From Octopus vulgaris (taxonomy: Eukaryota): a stretch of DNA of 64,000 nucleotides. How positions within the stretch are numbered: position 1 is the first letter of the stretch; every line of letters starts with the position of its first letter. The stretch spans positions 9,796,001 to 9,860,000 of the forward strand of contig OX597838.1 in NCBI GenBank assembly GCA_951406725.2, given 5' to 3'. Positions 26,650 through 40,927 of this stretch are shown here, in pieces. Below the pieces are notes generated by a model, which searched no databases, was not told where the DNA came from, and saw only the letters and a program-made list of their open reading frames with translations. Position numbers and translations under genes: made by a program.

Positions 26650-27046
26650 CGTGACGGAAAGGGGAAAAGACTGAATGACAGCCTGCTTAAGTCAAATCAA
26701 CATTGACCGTCTGCTGTCTCCCAGTCCGAAACCATTTTGCTTTGCTTTGGTTTAGCTTTTAGCACAAGGTACAGGCTGAAACAAACTGTCTGCCAATGAT
26801 GCCTAACTGCATTGTTGTATACGAAAACGTGCATCCAGGTATTGATGTCAGGTACAACAAAAGTTCTAATTGACAGTAGAATCCTTATTGATGGAGGTAA
26901 TTTCACAACCAGTGAACATCATACATTTGCGTCTCAACAGGATGAACGACGAAGTCAACGTCACCAGAATTTGAACTCAGAACATACAGACGAAATACCA
27001 CTAAGCATTTTGCCCAGCGTGCTAATGACTTTGCTAGCGCACTGCC

Positions 27047-27063
27047 TAATAATAATAATAATG

Positions 27064-27094
<31 letters not shown>

Positions 27095-27111
27095 TATTGA
27101 TAATGATAATC

Positions 27112-27154
<43 letters not shown>

Positions 27155-27171
27155 TATTGATAATGATAATC

Positions 27172-27203
<32 letters not shown>

Positions 27204-27241
27204 TGATAATGATAATAATGATAATGATAATGATAATAATG

Positions 27242-27284
<43 letters not shown>

Positions 27285-27292
27285 TGATAATG

Positions 27293-27380
<88 letters not shown>

Positions 27381-27385
27381 CAACG
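27047..27385. repeat. (AAT/GAT)n microsatellite
   Basis: Direct reading. Confidence 0.98.
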
Positions 27386-27723
27386 ATTTTAAAGAGTGTA
27401 TAAATAAAAATTGAAATATGAAATTAAAAATAAAAGATTTTAAAAAATCCTTCTCTTTTGTTTTTCTTCCTTACTAAATTTCTTCACCCAAACAAAACAG
27501 AGTAACAAAAATAAATAAATAAATAAATATATAAATAAAGAAGCAAAAATAATATGGTTTTGAATTTGTCACATAATTCAGAAATTTTCAAACTGCAATA
27601 TTTCAAGAAATTATATTGTTTTGCAGAAATGTTCAAAATAGAGACGCTTTCTCTTTCCCCGGCCAGCTTTGTCTTGCCCTAATAATTGTACACCTGCGTC
27701 ACGTCAGTCGCAATGTGACTCAC

Positions 27724-27908
27724 CAAACAATGTTTTTCCCTGATACTCCCCATTCCCGACCAAAATTCTACTCGTAAAGATTTCCTTTGTCATTGAAGAG
27801 GAATTATTATGAGAATGCTCACACTGCCATGCCGTTGAACATTCCACCAAAAGTAGATATATTCTGTTTTTGTAATCGGTTTGTAAACATTTGATGTGAA
27901 CTCGTGTG
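27724..27908 (-). CDS. Candidate internal exon of gene X
   Basis: Acceptor atatgtttcag. The only open frame is TRVHIKCLQTDYKNRIYLLLVECSTAWQCEHSHNNSSSMTKEIFTSRILVGNGEYQGKTLF. Consensus donor TTTG|GTGAGT; phase 2 to 1, matching the 25185 exon. Confidence 0.68.
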
Positions 27909-28036
27909 CTGAAACATATGTTGTTGTACCTGGGGTGGGTCATTATGCTAATAATAAATACACACACTGGTTTTGCTTCACTTTCTTAATTATTTGTTTG
28001 TCAAATTAAGGCAGTGAGCTCACAGAATCATTAGTA

Positions 28037-28270
28037 TACTCTTTTGCGCTTTTACTTGTTTCAGTCATTTGACTGTGGCCATGCTGGAGCACCACCTTTA
28101 GTCGAGCAAATTGACCCCTGGTCTTATTCTTTGTAAGCCTAGTACTTATTCTATTAGACTCTTTTGCCAAACCGCTAAGTTACGGAGCCGTAAACACACC
28201 AGCATCGGTTGTCAAGCGATGTTGGGGGGACTAACCCAGACACACAAACACACACATACATATATATATA
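28037..28270 (-). mobile_element. SINE family A, 3' half
   Basis: Tail through to the internal microsatellite. Confidence 0.88.
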
Positions 28271-28447
28271 CATATATATATATATAAAATATTAGAAAAA
28301 AAACACCTTTTATCAATTCGAAATGAATAATTAAATTACACCATCTAGAAAATTACATATAATAGAAAAGTTAAAATTAAAATAACAATTAAAAAATAAA
28401 GATTAAGTAAATTACAAGAATAATATAATGTATATAATAGGTAGAAA

Positions 28448-28533
28448 AACGACACGTGTTTCGCTGCTATATTTAAGAAATAATTATAGTAGTAAGAAAT
28501 CACTTGCATATAAATATAGTCGCTCATCAGGTT
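28448..28533 (-). ncRNA. Minimal type I hammerhead ribozyme motif (Penelope-like element type)
   Basis: AAC-CTGATGA-GC..CTATATTTA[loop]TAAATATAG..GC-GAAAC-ACGT-GTC-GTT: intact core, G-C closing stem II, palindromic stem III, GUC cleavage triplet, 3-bp stem I. Confidence 0.7.
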
Positions 28534-28856
28534 AAAATATAATAGAACAGTAAAATAATTAATTAATAAATATACTTTCATTAACGGAATTTTTGTTTCA
28601 CTACAAATTCCGATATAATCTGAATCTATACCATCTGAAGTGTATTCATAGAAAAATTCATTCAAAAACATCCATTTTTCTGGACGTTATGAGGAAAGAA
28701 AGTCAGTAGGGAAGGGGGTACATATGTGTGGGCATGCTGCAAGCATACCTACACATGAGTGACTCTCCTTCCTCGACATACTGACATATATTGTATGTAT
28801 CTACAAAATGAAACTTGAAATTTCGTAAAATTGCGATGCCTGTCAGTATGCATCTA

Positions 28857-29540
28857 GGATCTTTTCTGTTCGACTGCTACTTTTCAATTTTTTCACTTTT
28901 GTTCCAATTGATTTCAAATTTGGTGTATTGATGTAGTTTTGTATGGTCGTTATTGACATAAAATTCATTTTCACCATAAATAAATAAAGAATTAATAGCT
29001 TTTAAACTTTGCAAATTTAGGGTAATTTTACCAAATCGAAAGCCACAGACATATAAGGTGCCTGTTTCCATACTAACAAGCCAAGCGTTGGGAACTCTCC
29101 TGTATAAACCACGAGTGTTTAGGAAAAAATCGTATTTCATTTGTTTACAGTTTGTTTTTTCCGCTCTAAAAACTACAAAATGTGTTGTTTACTTCTTTTT
29201 TTCCGCATTAAACGCACATTGAATGCTTAAAACAACAACACATGTTTACTTGTTTATTTGTCTTTTTAGGCTTATTAAATGCTTGAGACACGTGCCATCG
29301 TCGCAATGTTGACATTATTGTTTTGTCGTCTTACGATTGCAGTCACACACAAAATGACTGCTTCCAAATTCTGTTTTCTGACTAGGTAAAAATGATAAAA
29401 CTTTAAATCTCTAACTTTTTTTTTAAATTGCAGAAATAAGTGAATTATGCCCTGAGATTCAGTGTGAAAAATTACATCAAATTTTAAAATTTTCACTTAA
29501 TTTTAAAATTTCAAAAAGTGCAACCAAATAGAAAAGATCC
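28857..29540. mobile_element. Non-autonomous DNA transposon with GGATCTTTTCT termini (Merlin-like?)
   Basis: GGATCTTTTCTGTTCG ... CCAAATAGAAAAGATCC. The 8-bp flanks tgcatcta / cgtgtctg differ only by transitions (decayed TSD). Confidence 0.75.
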
Positions 29541-30418
29541 CGTGTCTGTTTATTTATTAATTTTTTTCTTTTCTTTAAATTCCATTATAATCGTAATTTA
29601 CACACTCTGAAAGGAATGAACACTTCGTGCCTTCCGGTTACTGTATATCATTCCTCATACGTTACCGGAAGTCCATAATAAGCATATATCTTTTAAAAAT
29701 TATATCGAAGATATGACAGACTTCTTTCGGTTTCAGTCTACCAAATCCGCCTACAATGCTATAGTTGGCCCAGGGCTTTAATAAAAGACACTTCCCCGAG
29801 GTGTCACACACTGGGACTGAACTCAACTCCAGGTGATTGGAAAGCAATCTACTTAACCACACAGCCACCACGCAGTACCTATGATTTGTTTCCCCATTAT
29901 TTAACGATGTAGACTGGTGTACATGAGTCATTAATCAATCAACTAAGAACGGATCGATATTCGATTGAGTATTCTGTCTGTTGTAGCAGACGACTCACAA
30001 CGAAATGTAGACTGTACGATGTCTGCGGACGCAAACGTCGATGGCTTGGTTGTGTAGTTATGAATTTCACTTCACAATCACGTGGTTCCGGGTTCGCAGC
30101 AACACTGAGCAGCTCTATAAGCAAGTATCTACGACTGTAGGTCTTTGTTAGACAAATAAAAACTTTGCGAGTGAAATTCGGAAGACTGTGATTGTGCGGA
30201 AGACCATTGCGTGTATGTGAGATTGTATGTATGTGAGCAGGTCTTTCTCTCTCTCTGTAGTCGAGTAATATGTATCTGATTATGGCATATAACCTGTTAA
30301 AAAGTTACCGTTGATTTCATGTCCACTATCGCACTTAGCAACCCATCAGACTTCTGTGCTCCCGGCTTTACATGCATACATACACACATACATACATACA
30401 CACACATACACACATACA

Positions 30419-30449
<31 letters not shown>

Positions 30450-30461
30450 TCGTTTCCCTAC

Positions 30462-30623
30462 TCGCAATTTTATCGAATGCAGCTGTGCATCGTTAACCAG
30501 ATACAGGAGATGTCCTCTTAGGGTTAAAATATCGCAGTAGAGTCCGCTCGAACGGACAGCCAAGTTAAAGAGTCTACGAATATATATATGTTCGTCGTGC
30601 GTGCAGGACAGCACAAGGGACAT
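30462..30623 (-). CDS. Candidate first coding exon of gene X
   Basis: MSLVLSCTHDEHIYIRRLFNLAVRSSGLYCDILTLRGHLLYLVNDAQLHSIKLR then GTAGGG; CpG-containing unique sequence beside a promoter-like region. Donor choice uncertain. Confidence 0.5.
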
Positions 30624-30908
30624 GTTTGTGTATGTGTGTGTATTTCACTTATAGGGTTTATTTTTTTGTTTGTTAGTTTTGTATCATCTCAAATGGGAAA
30701 ATGTCACTCGTAGGTAGCAAAATCATTGCAAGGTTCCGTGTGTTCATTTGACGCCATTTTGATTTTGCTCAAACGCCTGCTACGAACGCGCAGGCGATGT
30801 TGTAAATATTTTCTTTAAAGTAAAATATTCAGTATCTTAGGTTTGTTTGTTTTTTTAATCAGTATCAAGGAACATCGGTTTAAACAATCATTTAGAAAAT
30901 TAAATATC
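30624..30908. promoter_or_regulatory. Putative bidirectional promoter with YY1-type motif
   Basis: 285 bp between divergent ATGs; CGCCATTTT at 30752-30760; local CpG cluster (cgcctgctacgaacgcgcaggcg). Confidence 0.55.
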
Positions 30909-31066
30909 ATGGCTAGACATAATGCAGTGAGGCAAGTGGAGAGACGTGATGAGTTTAACGCCATAAAGAAACTTATATTAGGCAAAACCAAGACAGCAAA
31001 GATGTTTTGTTTGTTCATAGTCTGCTTCGCCTTTCTACAAGAATTACTGTATATTTCATTGTGTGG
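30909..31066 (+). CDS. Candidate first coding exon of uncharacterised gene Y (signal peptide/TM anchor)
   Basis: atcATGG context; MARHNAVRQVERRDEFNAIKKLILGKTKTAKMFCLFIVCFAFLQELLYISLCG; donor GG|GTAGGT (phase 2). Confidence 0.6.
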
Positions 31067-31616
31067 GTAGGTAGATACAATTTGCCTTTTCTTCTTTGTA
31101 TTTCATTTCTGCTTTTGTAGACATTAAGGTTTTGTTGTAAAATCTAGAAGGTACGCGGAAATACTTTGAGTATAACTACAAAAGTGTGCTCCTTTCTGAA
31201 AATTAAATAGTTTTTAATGAAATTTTCAAGAAATATCTTTTAAATGGTGTAGATGACGATTAAATAAGAATTTGTCGTGAACACGACTCGATTTTGTTTC
31301 CTCATACGTTTTGATGCAGTAGAATTCAATTATGTTGAACAAAAAATTATTTTGAGGACAGTTCCACCATTCTCCCTTCTGGAATTTGTCACATAAGTAT
31401 TTTTTTAATAAAATGTAAATTTCCAGGCCTATTGCGTGCCAAACAGCCATACCAGCAAATTCACCACCGATAAGTTTTTTCTGTTTCTTTTTTAAATTAT
31501 ACCAGTATCTCTGAAAATTTTCTCTTTTTCAAAATATATTCATTTATCAAATTCCAGGAGGAAAAGGATGGAATAATCTTTAAAAGTAATTTTCTCAACA
31601 TAATTTCAATATCATA

Positions 31617-32270
31617 GGTGCAGCCATAGTTTTGTGGTAAGAAGCTTGCTTCCCAACCACATGTTTCGGGGTTCAGTCCAACTACGTGGCATCTTGCACG
31701 AGTATTTTCTACTATAGGCGCAGGAGTGGATGTGTGGTAGGTAGCTTGCTTATGAACCACATGGTTCCGGGTTCAGTCCCACTGCGTGGCACCTTGGGCG
31801 AGTGTCTTCTACTATAGCCTCGGGCCGACCAATGCCTTGTGAGTGGATTTGGTAGACGGAAACTGAAAGAAGCCCGTCGTATATATGTATATATATATAT
31901 GCGTGTGTCTGTACTGGGCTTACACAAGAATAAGTCTCGGGGTCGAGTTCCTCGGTTGAAGGCGATGCTCCAGCATGGCCGCAGTCAAATGACTGAAACA
32001 AGTAAAAGAGAGAGTATAGTTTTGGGCAGACCAAAGCTTTGTGAGTGAATTTGGTAAACAAAAACTGAAAGAAGCCCGTCGTGTATGTGTGTGTGTGTAT
32101 GTATGTCTTTGTGTCTATGTTTGTCCCCCCCACTACCGCTTGACAACTGGTGTTGATTTGCTTTTGGCCCCGTAACATAGCGGTTTGTGGTCGGTTCATC
32201 CAACTAAAAGTTCTTCAAGGCAATGCCCTAGCATGACCACTGTCAAATGACTGTAACAGATAAAGGATGA
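31617..32270 (+). mobile_element. Older family A SINE interrupted by a younger, internally deleted family A copy (31717-32012)
   Basis: Two heads and two tails in nested order. Confidence 0.85.
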
Positions 32271-33947
32271 AAGGTAATTGTAGTCTACATCATCAAAACA
32301 CGGGAAACAAAGTCGACATGCGTGAAATATCCCGCCTCACGCCCCTTTCTTTTTTTTTTTTTACCTTAAATTCCGATATAATCAATCGCATAATCTATAT
32401 CATCTGAAAGTTTTTCGTAGAAAATTTCACTAAAAAAATACCCATTTTTCTAAAAGTTATGAAGAAATAAAGTCGATGGGTATATACTTATGTAGTTATG
32501 CCTTTTTTTTTCTGTATTTCTTTTTTTATGCTTGTAAAATCAATAAGGTACAAGAAAGTGCTGTGTACACCTTAGAAAATGACAGTAAAATGTTTATCGT
32601 GAAATGTTGTTCTTTCCTTTTTTTTGTTCATTCCTTTATCTACTTATTTTATTTTATTTGTAACATGGTTGATCTCTTTTTAACGGGGCACGAAGAAAGT
32701 CTGAGATTAAATCCATCAAAGTCAAGCTTTGCCTTTCATCCTTCTGGAGTCAATTAAAATATAGCACCAGTGAAGTAGTGGCACTAATCTTATTCCTGCA
32801 ATGTATCTCGGATGAGAACGAAACTATATTGGTTTCAAATTTTTGGCACCAGGCCAGCAATTTCGGGGGAAGGTGGGTAAATCGATTGCATCAACCACAG
32901 TGCTTATCAACACCGAAAGGCGGAATTTGAAACTCTAGGTAATATTTCTTTCAAGTTTTGACACAAGGCTAACAACTTCGGGTAAAGGGGTAAGTCGAAA
33001 ACATCGCCCTCAGTGGGTGATCGGTACTTATTTTGGCGACCCCGAAAGGATGAAAGGGCAAAGTCGACCACGGCGAACTCAGAATGTGAAGACGGACGAA
33101 ACGCCGCTAAGTATTTTGCTCTGCGTGATAGCGATTCTGCCAGCTCACCACCCTAGGAATGGAACTGTATTGAGAGAAGTCATTTGACGGAACAAGGAGT
33201 GAGTATATTAATCGAAAGGGGTACGGAACCAGCATGATGTGACAGGGGTAAACCAGCATATGGTGTCGGGGCCCGCTGCTGATATTGGGGGCTGCGTTCT
33301 ATACCTTGACCTGAGCATAGAACGGGGCTAGCCCCTTTAAGCTGGGAAATGAACAGAATGCCTGATGTGTTTTGTTGTGGCTAGCCCCTCCTAAAAAAAT
33401 GGGGTATAGGCCTGGGTATTTATATCCATTACGGCCGATCTTACCAATTGGTTTCGCACTAGGGTTTCAACGGAATGTTAAGTAACAGACTGGTTGTGTA
33501 ACCCTGCGCTCTTCAGAGATAGTAGTAACTGTTCATTTGACAAAAAAATTCTTCATTCTTCGAGGCGCAGTCTAATGACCGAAACAAGTAAAAGAAAGGT
33601 AAAAGATAAAGGAGAGGTAACAAAGAACTGAAAGTTTTCAGAATTTTATTTCATTTTTTCACGTGTTGTGCCCTGGTGGTCAGCTGACGTAGGGAATGGA
33701 CAATCCTTTCTAGATCACGTAAGGCAAGTTTTAATTTTATATCAGAGAGTAAAGAGGATTCTTTATTCTCTTATATTTCTAAAGGTTTCAGTCGTAAGAC
33801 TACGACAATGCTGGAGCACCGCCTTAACTTATATTCTATCAGTTTTGTTGTCGCTTTACAGCAAAAAGTTGGTCTGTGGCTGAATTTGTTGCAGCTGATC
33901 TTCTCCGAATCTTTGGGGTTTTTCAGAAGATTCTGAGTGGACACTAA

Positions 33948-34341
33948 TCTCTCTCTATATAAAGCTGAAGTTGTCTGTGTATGGCAGGTTTGGTAGCCTT
34001 CAACTAACACTATCTCCTCCGAGACCCTGCGGCGCAAGTTGACCAAAATTGAGAGTATGATAGAAGAAGGCTTCCTCTTCCTTCCGTAGAAGAAAAAATT
34101 CAAATTGGACCATGCTAACACCCAAAAATATTTACATCAAAAAGGCGCTTTTTTTCTATGAAAATCCCTATTTTTTACGATTTTTTTGACTGCTGTGTTG
34201 CCATTTTTCGGTGTATTTCAACCAGAAAAATGTTCACTTAAAGAGAATAACAAGCTACATAATGCAAAATTTTTACTTTTCAAAAATTCCAATTCTAAAG
34301 GGTCGAAAGAAACCCGAGCAACGCCGGGCGATACTACTAGT
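33948..34341 (-). mobile_element. Non-autonomous Helitron-like (Lep1/DINE-type) element
   Basis: Minus strand starts ACTAGTAGTATCGCCCGGCGTTGCTCGGG and ends ...ACAGACAACTTCAGCTTTATATAGAGAGAGAT; shares termini with the 40.4 and 51.3 kb elements. Confidence 0.7.
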
Positions 34342-34506
34342 TTATAATAACGCTAAAATGGAGTTTCGAAATAAGTGTATTACTGAAAATCTGAGGGTAC
34401 AACCATTGAATAGTGAGGGAGCAGTGCCGTTCATGGCACCCCCTTAGTGACGGGCATGGAGTGAAGCCTTTAATACTTGTCTAGTCTGATATCGTCGTTA
34501 CGAGTT

Positions 34507-34724
34507 TACTCTCTTTTTACTCTTTTACTTGTTTCAGTCATTTGACTGCGGCCATGCTGGAGCACCGCCTTTAATCGAGCAACTCGACCCCGGGACTTAT
34601 TTTTTTTGTAAGCCCAGTACTTATTCTATTGGTCTCTTTTGCCGAACCGCTAAGTGACGGGGATGTAAACACACCAGCATCGGTTGTCAAGCGATGTTGG
34701 GGAGACAAACACAGACACACAAAC

Positions 34725-34757
<33 letters not shown>

Positions 34758-34929
34758 CATATATACGACAGGCTTCTTTCAGTTTCCGTCTACCAAATCC
34801 ACTCACAAGGCATTGGTCGGCCCGGGGCTATAGCAGAGGACACTTGCCCAAGATGCCACGCAGTGGGACTGAACCCGGAACCATGTGGTTGGTTAGCAAG
34901 GTACTTACCACACAGCCACTCCTGCGCCT
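34507..34929 (-). mobile_element. SINE family A, full length
   Basis: Complete family A sequence. Confidence 0.92.
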
Positions 34930-35161
34930 ATCCAATATTTTTTTTTTTATGTTTCAGTAGAGGTTCCTTTTATGCTTCTTATTTCTTTAGGTAAGCAGTT
35001 GAATAGTTGAGGACCTCTAAACATCAGACTGATACAATAGAATAATAGAATATTGTACAGAATATACACATTTAATGTTTGTTTGTTGCTGTTTTCTTAG
35101 ACATAAAGATCTTAAAATTTCCAGTCGTTTTCCTTTGACGTTTCACTTCGTGTGCGTGCGT

Positions 35162-35203
<42 letters not shown>

Positions 35204-35383
35204 ATGGGTGTGTGTGCATGGGGGTGGAGTGGTTAGGGCTGTGATGATGCTTAAATTTTTTTTTTTTTTTAACCACAAATAAAACTTTGATGTTCTACTA
35301 ACTGAGCTGTAGCCTACGCTACAACTACTACCATCAACGCCACTGGTACCACTGCAGATACTGCTGCTGCTACAGCAGCTGCT

Positions 35384-36992
<1,609 letters not shown>

Positions 36993-37364
36993 TCATGTTT
37001 TTGCTGTTGCAGCTGTTATAGATAGTCATTCATCTTGTCAACTATTTTTGTGAATTTTATATTTTTTTCATTCTTTTTTGTTGTTTTTTTGGTTGTTGTT
37101 TTTTTTTTTTGTTCACACATCTTCTGAAGTCATGTTTTACAAAGTCGTCTTCGGGTTTTTTTGTTTTTTTTTATCCTCATTTTATTTTTTATGTTTTCAT
37201 TTCGGATTTTATTATCATTATTTATTTTATTTTTATTTTTGTAAATTTTTTTTTTTTTTTTTTACCTTAACCTGTATTCATTTTCCAATTCAGTTATTTT
37301 TAAGCTCTTTCTCCTCTCCAAATCTGTGCTGTTACACTTAATATGATTGAAATATTGGGAAAAC

Positions 37365-37402
<38 letters not shown>

Positions 37403-37546
37403 CAGATGGATAGAACCATTTAACTAATACAAGCTGGTACATGGTCGGGTGGTCTGGTCAATGACTGTGGAATAAACTACCTCCCACTGTCCTACACCCA
37501 TTTGACGATGATGATGATGATAGTTATAACAGAAAAGCAGCAGCGA

Positions 37547-37600
<54 letters not shown>

Positions 37601-37619
37601 CAGCAGCAGCAGTAGTAGT

Positions 37620-38352
37620 AGTGGTTCTCAACTATAAGATTTGGTTGGGGAGTGTCCACAATAAAATAGTAAACTGAGGACTCACAATAGTATTTTAGGG
37701 GCCCCAGAAAATAGTTTTGCTTTAGATGTATGTACTGGTATGTATTGCAAGAAACACTTGGGTTTCTTCCTCTAGCGTTTTACAGAGTTCAACCTGCACA
37801 AGTTAATGGGTGAAAAACGAAATAGGAATTTTGAAAGAAGTTTCTATAAAACTAGTTTTTAAACATTGAATGGCTAAGGGGGGGTCCACCAGAATAAAAT
37901 AGTAATCAAAGGCACAGGAGTGGCTGTGTGGTAAGTAGCTTGCTAATCAACCACATGGTTCCGGGTTCAGTCCCACTGCGTGGCATCTTGGGCAAGTGTC
38001 TTCTGCTATAGCCCCGGGCCAACCAATGCCTTGTGAGTGGATTTGGTAGACAGAAACTAAAAAGAAGCCTGTCGTATATATGTGTATATATATATATGTA
38101 TGTGTGTGTATGTGTTTGTGTGATTGTCCCCCTAGCATTGCTTAACAACCAATGCTGGTGTGTTTACGTCCCCGTCACTTAGTGGTTCGGCAAATCAGAC
38201 CGATAGAATAAGTACTTGGCTTACAAAGAATAAGTCCCGGGGTCAATTTGCTCGACTAAAGGCGGTGCTCCAGCATGGCTGCAGTCAAATGACTGAAACA
38301 AGTAAAGAGTAAAAGGGGTCCATAGATTTTTTTAAATGGTTGAGAACCCCTG
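37620..38352. mobile_element. hAT-type MITE with a nested full-length family A SINE (37911-38313, +)
   Basis: Ends agtggttctcaac ... ggttgagaacccctg; related fragments at about 22860-22915 and 24650-24906. Confidence 0.75.
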
Positions 38353-38569
38353 GCTTAATTGAATGGCTTGTCATAGGGTGGCAGAAGAGCGCTCTCACAA
38401 AGAAGCTAATGGACAAATTGTGCTAGACGGGACAAGAACCACCAGGTTTTCTCCCCATTGAAACATGCCGTAGTTGGTATCAATAACATCCTGAACCCTT
38501 TTGTTACAGTATTTCTGTTGAAATTCACTACCTTTATGTTACTGAGTTTGCATAAAGAAGTGCCACTCA

Positions 38570-39047
38570 CTTAAAGTGGAAGGAAGTTGTGGAAAAGAGA
38601 GACCCAGGAAGATAGACATGAGATGAAATATTGAAGACTGATCTCAAAATGCTGAATCTTCCAAAGGAGTTGACAGAGAACCGAGATATGTAGTGCATTA
38701 TTGTACTTGAGAAGGCTCACCCACCACAACAGAATTGAGGTTTTAAAACCAAGGTGCCATGTAAAAAGTATTGGTGTGGGATCTGGTTTCACATAAAGAG
38801 CTTTGATGTGGGTGCTGGTGCCATGTAGAAAGCATTGGTGTGGATGCTGGTGATAGTGCCACATAAAAAACACCCAGTACACTCTGTGGAGTGGTTGGTG
38901 TTAGGAAGGGCATCCAGCCGTAGAAACCAAGCCAAAACAGATTATGGGACCTGGTGCGGCCCCTAACCTTACCAGTTCCTGTCAAGTTGTCCAACCCATG
39001 CCAGCATGGAAAACGGACGTTAAATGATGACGATGATGATGATGATG
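38570..39047 (+). mobile_element. Longer family D copy including a LINE-like ORF end
   Basis: GKERPRKIDMR...DLKMLNLPKELTENRDM-like remnant, then the family D tail and (GAT)n. Confidence 0.65.
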
Positions 39048-39049
39048 AA

Positions 39050-39345
39050 AGGAAGAAAGGCAAAGCCGACCTCAGCGGAATTTGGACTCAGAACTTAACG
39101 GCAGATGAAATACCTATTTCTTTATTACCCACAAGGGGCTAAACATAGAGGGGACAAACAAGGACAGACATAGGTATTAAGTCGATTACATCGACCCCAG
39201 TGCGTAACTGGTACTTAATTTATCGACGCCGAAAGGATGAAAGGCAAAGTCGACCTCGGCGGAATTTGAACTCACAACGTAACGGCAGATGAAATACCAC
39301 TAAGCATTTCACCCGGCATGCTAAAGATTCTACCAGCTCGCCACC
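39050..39345 (-). mobile_element. SINE family B (about 1.3 tandem units)
   Basis: Head GGTGGCGAGCTGGTAGAATC...GAGTTCAAATTCCGCCGAGGTCGACTTTGCCTTTCATCC; tail TTTAGCCCCTTGTGGGTAATAAAGAAATA. Confidence 0.88.
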
Positions 39346-39747
39346 TTAAATATCTGGCCCAAATATTCTACCTGTTTTATGTTTAACAGCGCAGGCATGG
39401 CTGTAAGCTAAGAAGCTTGCTTCCCAACCACATAGTTTCGGGTTCAGTCCCACTGCATGGTACTTTGGACATGTGTCTTCTACTCTAAGCCTTGGGCTGA
39501 CCAAAGCCTTGTCAGAGGATTTGGTAGGTGGAAACTGAAAGAACCCTCTGTGTGTGTGTGTGTGTGTTTGATCACCACTTGACAACCAGTGTTGGTGTGT
39601 TTACTTCCCCGTAACTTAGCAGTTGGTGAATGAAACCGATAGATTAAGCACCAGGCTTTAAAAATGTCCTGGGGTTGATTTGTTTTACTAAAACCCTTCA
39701 AAGCAGTGCCCAAGCTTGACCACAGTCAAATAACTGAAACAAGTAGA

Positions 39748-40022
39748 ATCATCATCATCATCATCATCGTTTAACGTCCGCTTTCCATGCTAGCATGGGT
39801 TGGACGGTTCAACTGGGGTCTGGCAAGCCCGAAGGCTGCACCAGGCCAGTCAGATCTGGCAGTGTTTCTACAGCTGGATGCCCTTCCTAACGCCAACCAC
39901 TCCGAGAGTGTAGTGGGTGATTTTATGTGCCACCGACACAGGTGCCAGACGAGGCTGGCAGACGGCCACGCTCGGATGGTGTTTTTTATGTGCCACTGAC
40001 ACAGATGCCAGACGAGGCTGGT
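39748..40022 (-). mobile_element. Repeat family D copy
   Basis: (ATC)n-gtttaacgtccgctttccatgctagcatgggttggacgg... Confidence 0.85.
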
Positions 40023-40412
40023 GAAAAAAGATAAAAGATAAATCAGTCACATCCAACCTCTCACACCTCCCCTACAATGTCATTCTAAAAATAATCATAT
40101 CATCGAAATCTAAAAGCTTAATGCAGGATTAATTCAAAACAATGTGAGAAAATAAGCATTAAATTTAAGAGAGTAATCTGAATACTGAAGGATTAAGCAC
40201 TTTTGAATAAACAAATACTCAGTCTTTTAGACTTTCATGTGCTAAATTCCGTGCGACAAGTTTATATTTGATACAGTTAAGTAAATTAAAACCACTTTTC
40301 TTCCTCGAATTTCTATTTCTTCAAAAACACCTGGCAAATATGAAAGGATGCTGGAATCAACCAAATTTAACTGACACTGGATTAACACTCACTTAAAGAG
40401 TGTTATTATTGG

Positions 40413-40927
40413 CTAGCAGTATTGCCCGGCGTTGCTCGGGTTTGTAAGGGAAATAACTATATAAGCATTTTTAGAGAGTTACTTCCCTTATAGATGCCAA
40501 TTCGGGCTTTCTTAGCCATTTCTGTTTTGGTGTCTTCAAGCCATGAAGTTGTTGTTCTAAAAGAACGCTGGTCTCCTTGACAACGCTTTACGACCTTGAT
40601 TTCCTTACACTCCCTTCCCCACAGCTTCACGAGGGAGGGAAGAAGGGGGAGAAGCAAACAGGTGCAGGTGTGACCATGGACACCAACTCCGCCACCATCG
40701 ACACATGAAAAATTATGCATTAAAATGGAATAAAAAATGATGTTAAATTATTTTTAAAATCGTAGACTCATTGTAGACGCACGCTAATACTCAGACGGGC
40801 TCGATATGAATCACGACTATAAGATACCCGAATTTGGTTAAACTGCACCGCAAAATGTGGGAGTAGTTAGGAATCTAAATCGAAGGGGACAGACACTCAC
40901 ACAACTACAGTTTTATATATATAGATA
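40413..40927 (+). mobile_element. Non-autonomous Helitron-like (Lep1/DINE-type) element
   Basis: ctagcagtattgcccggcgttgctcgggtttgtaagggaaataac ... acagacactcacacaactacagttttatatatatagat. Confidence 0.7.

Noticed and set aside
26697-26960. Unique-looking ORFs on both strands
   Set aside because: No convincing splice-site pair or recognisable homology.
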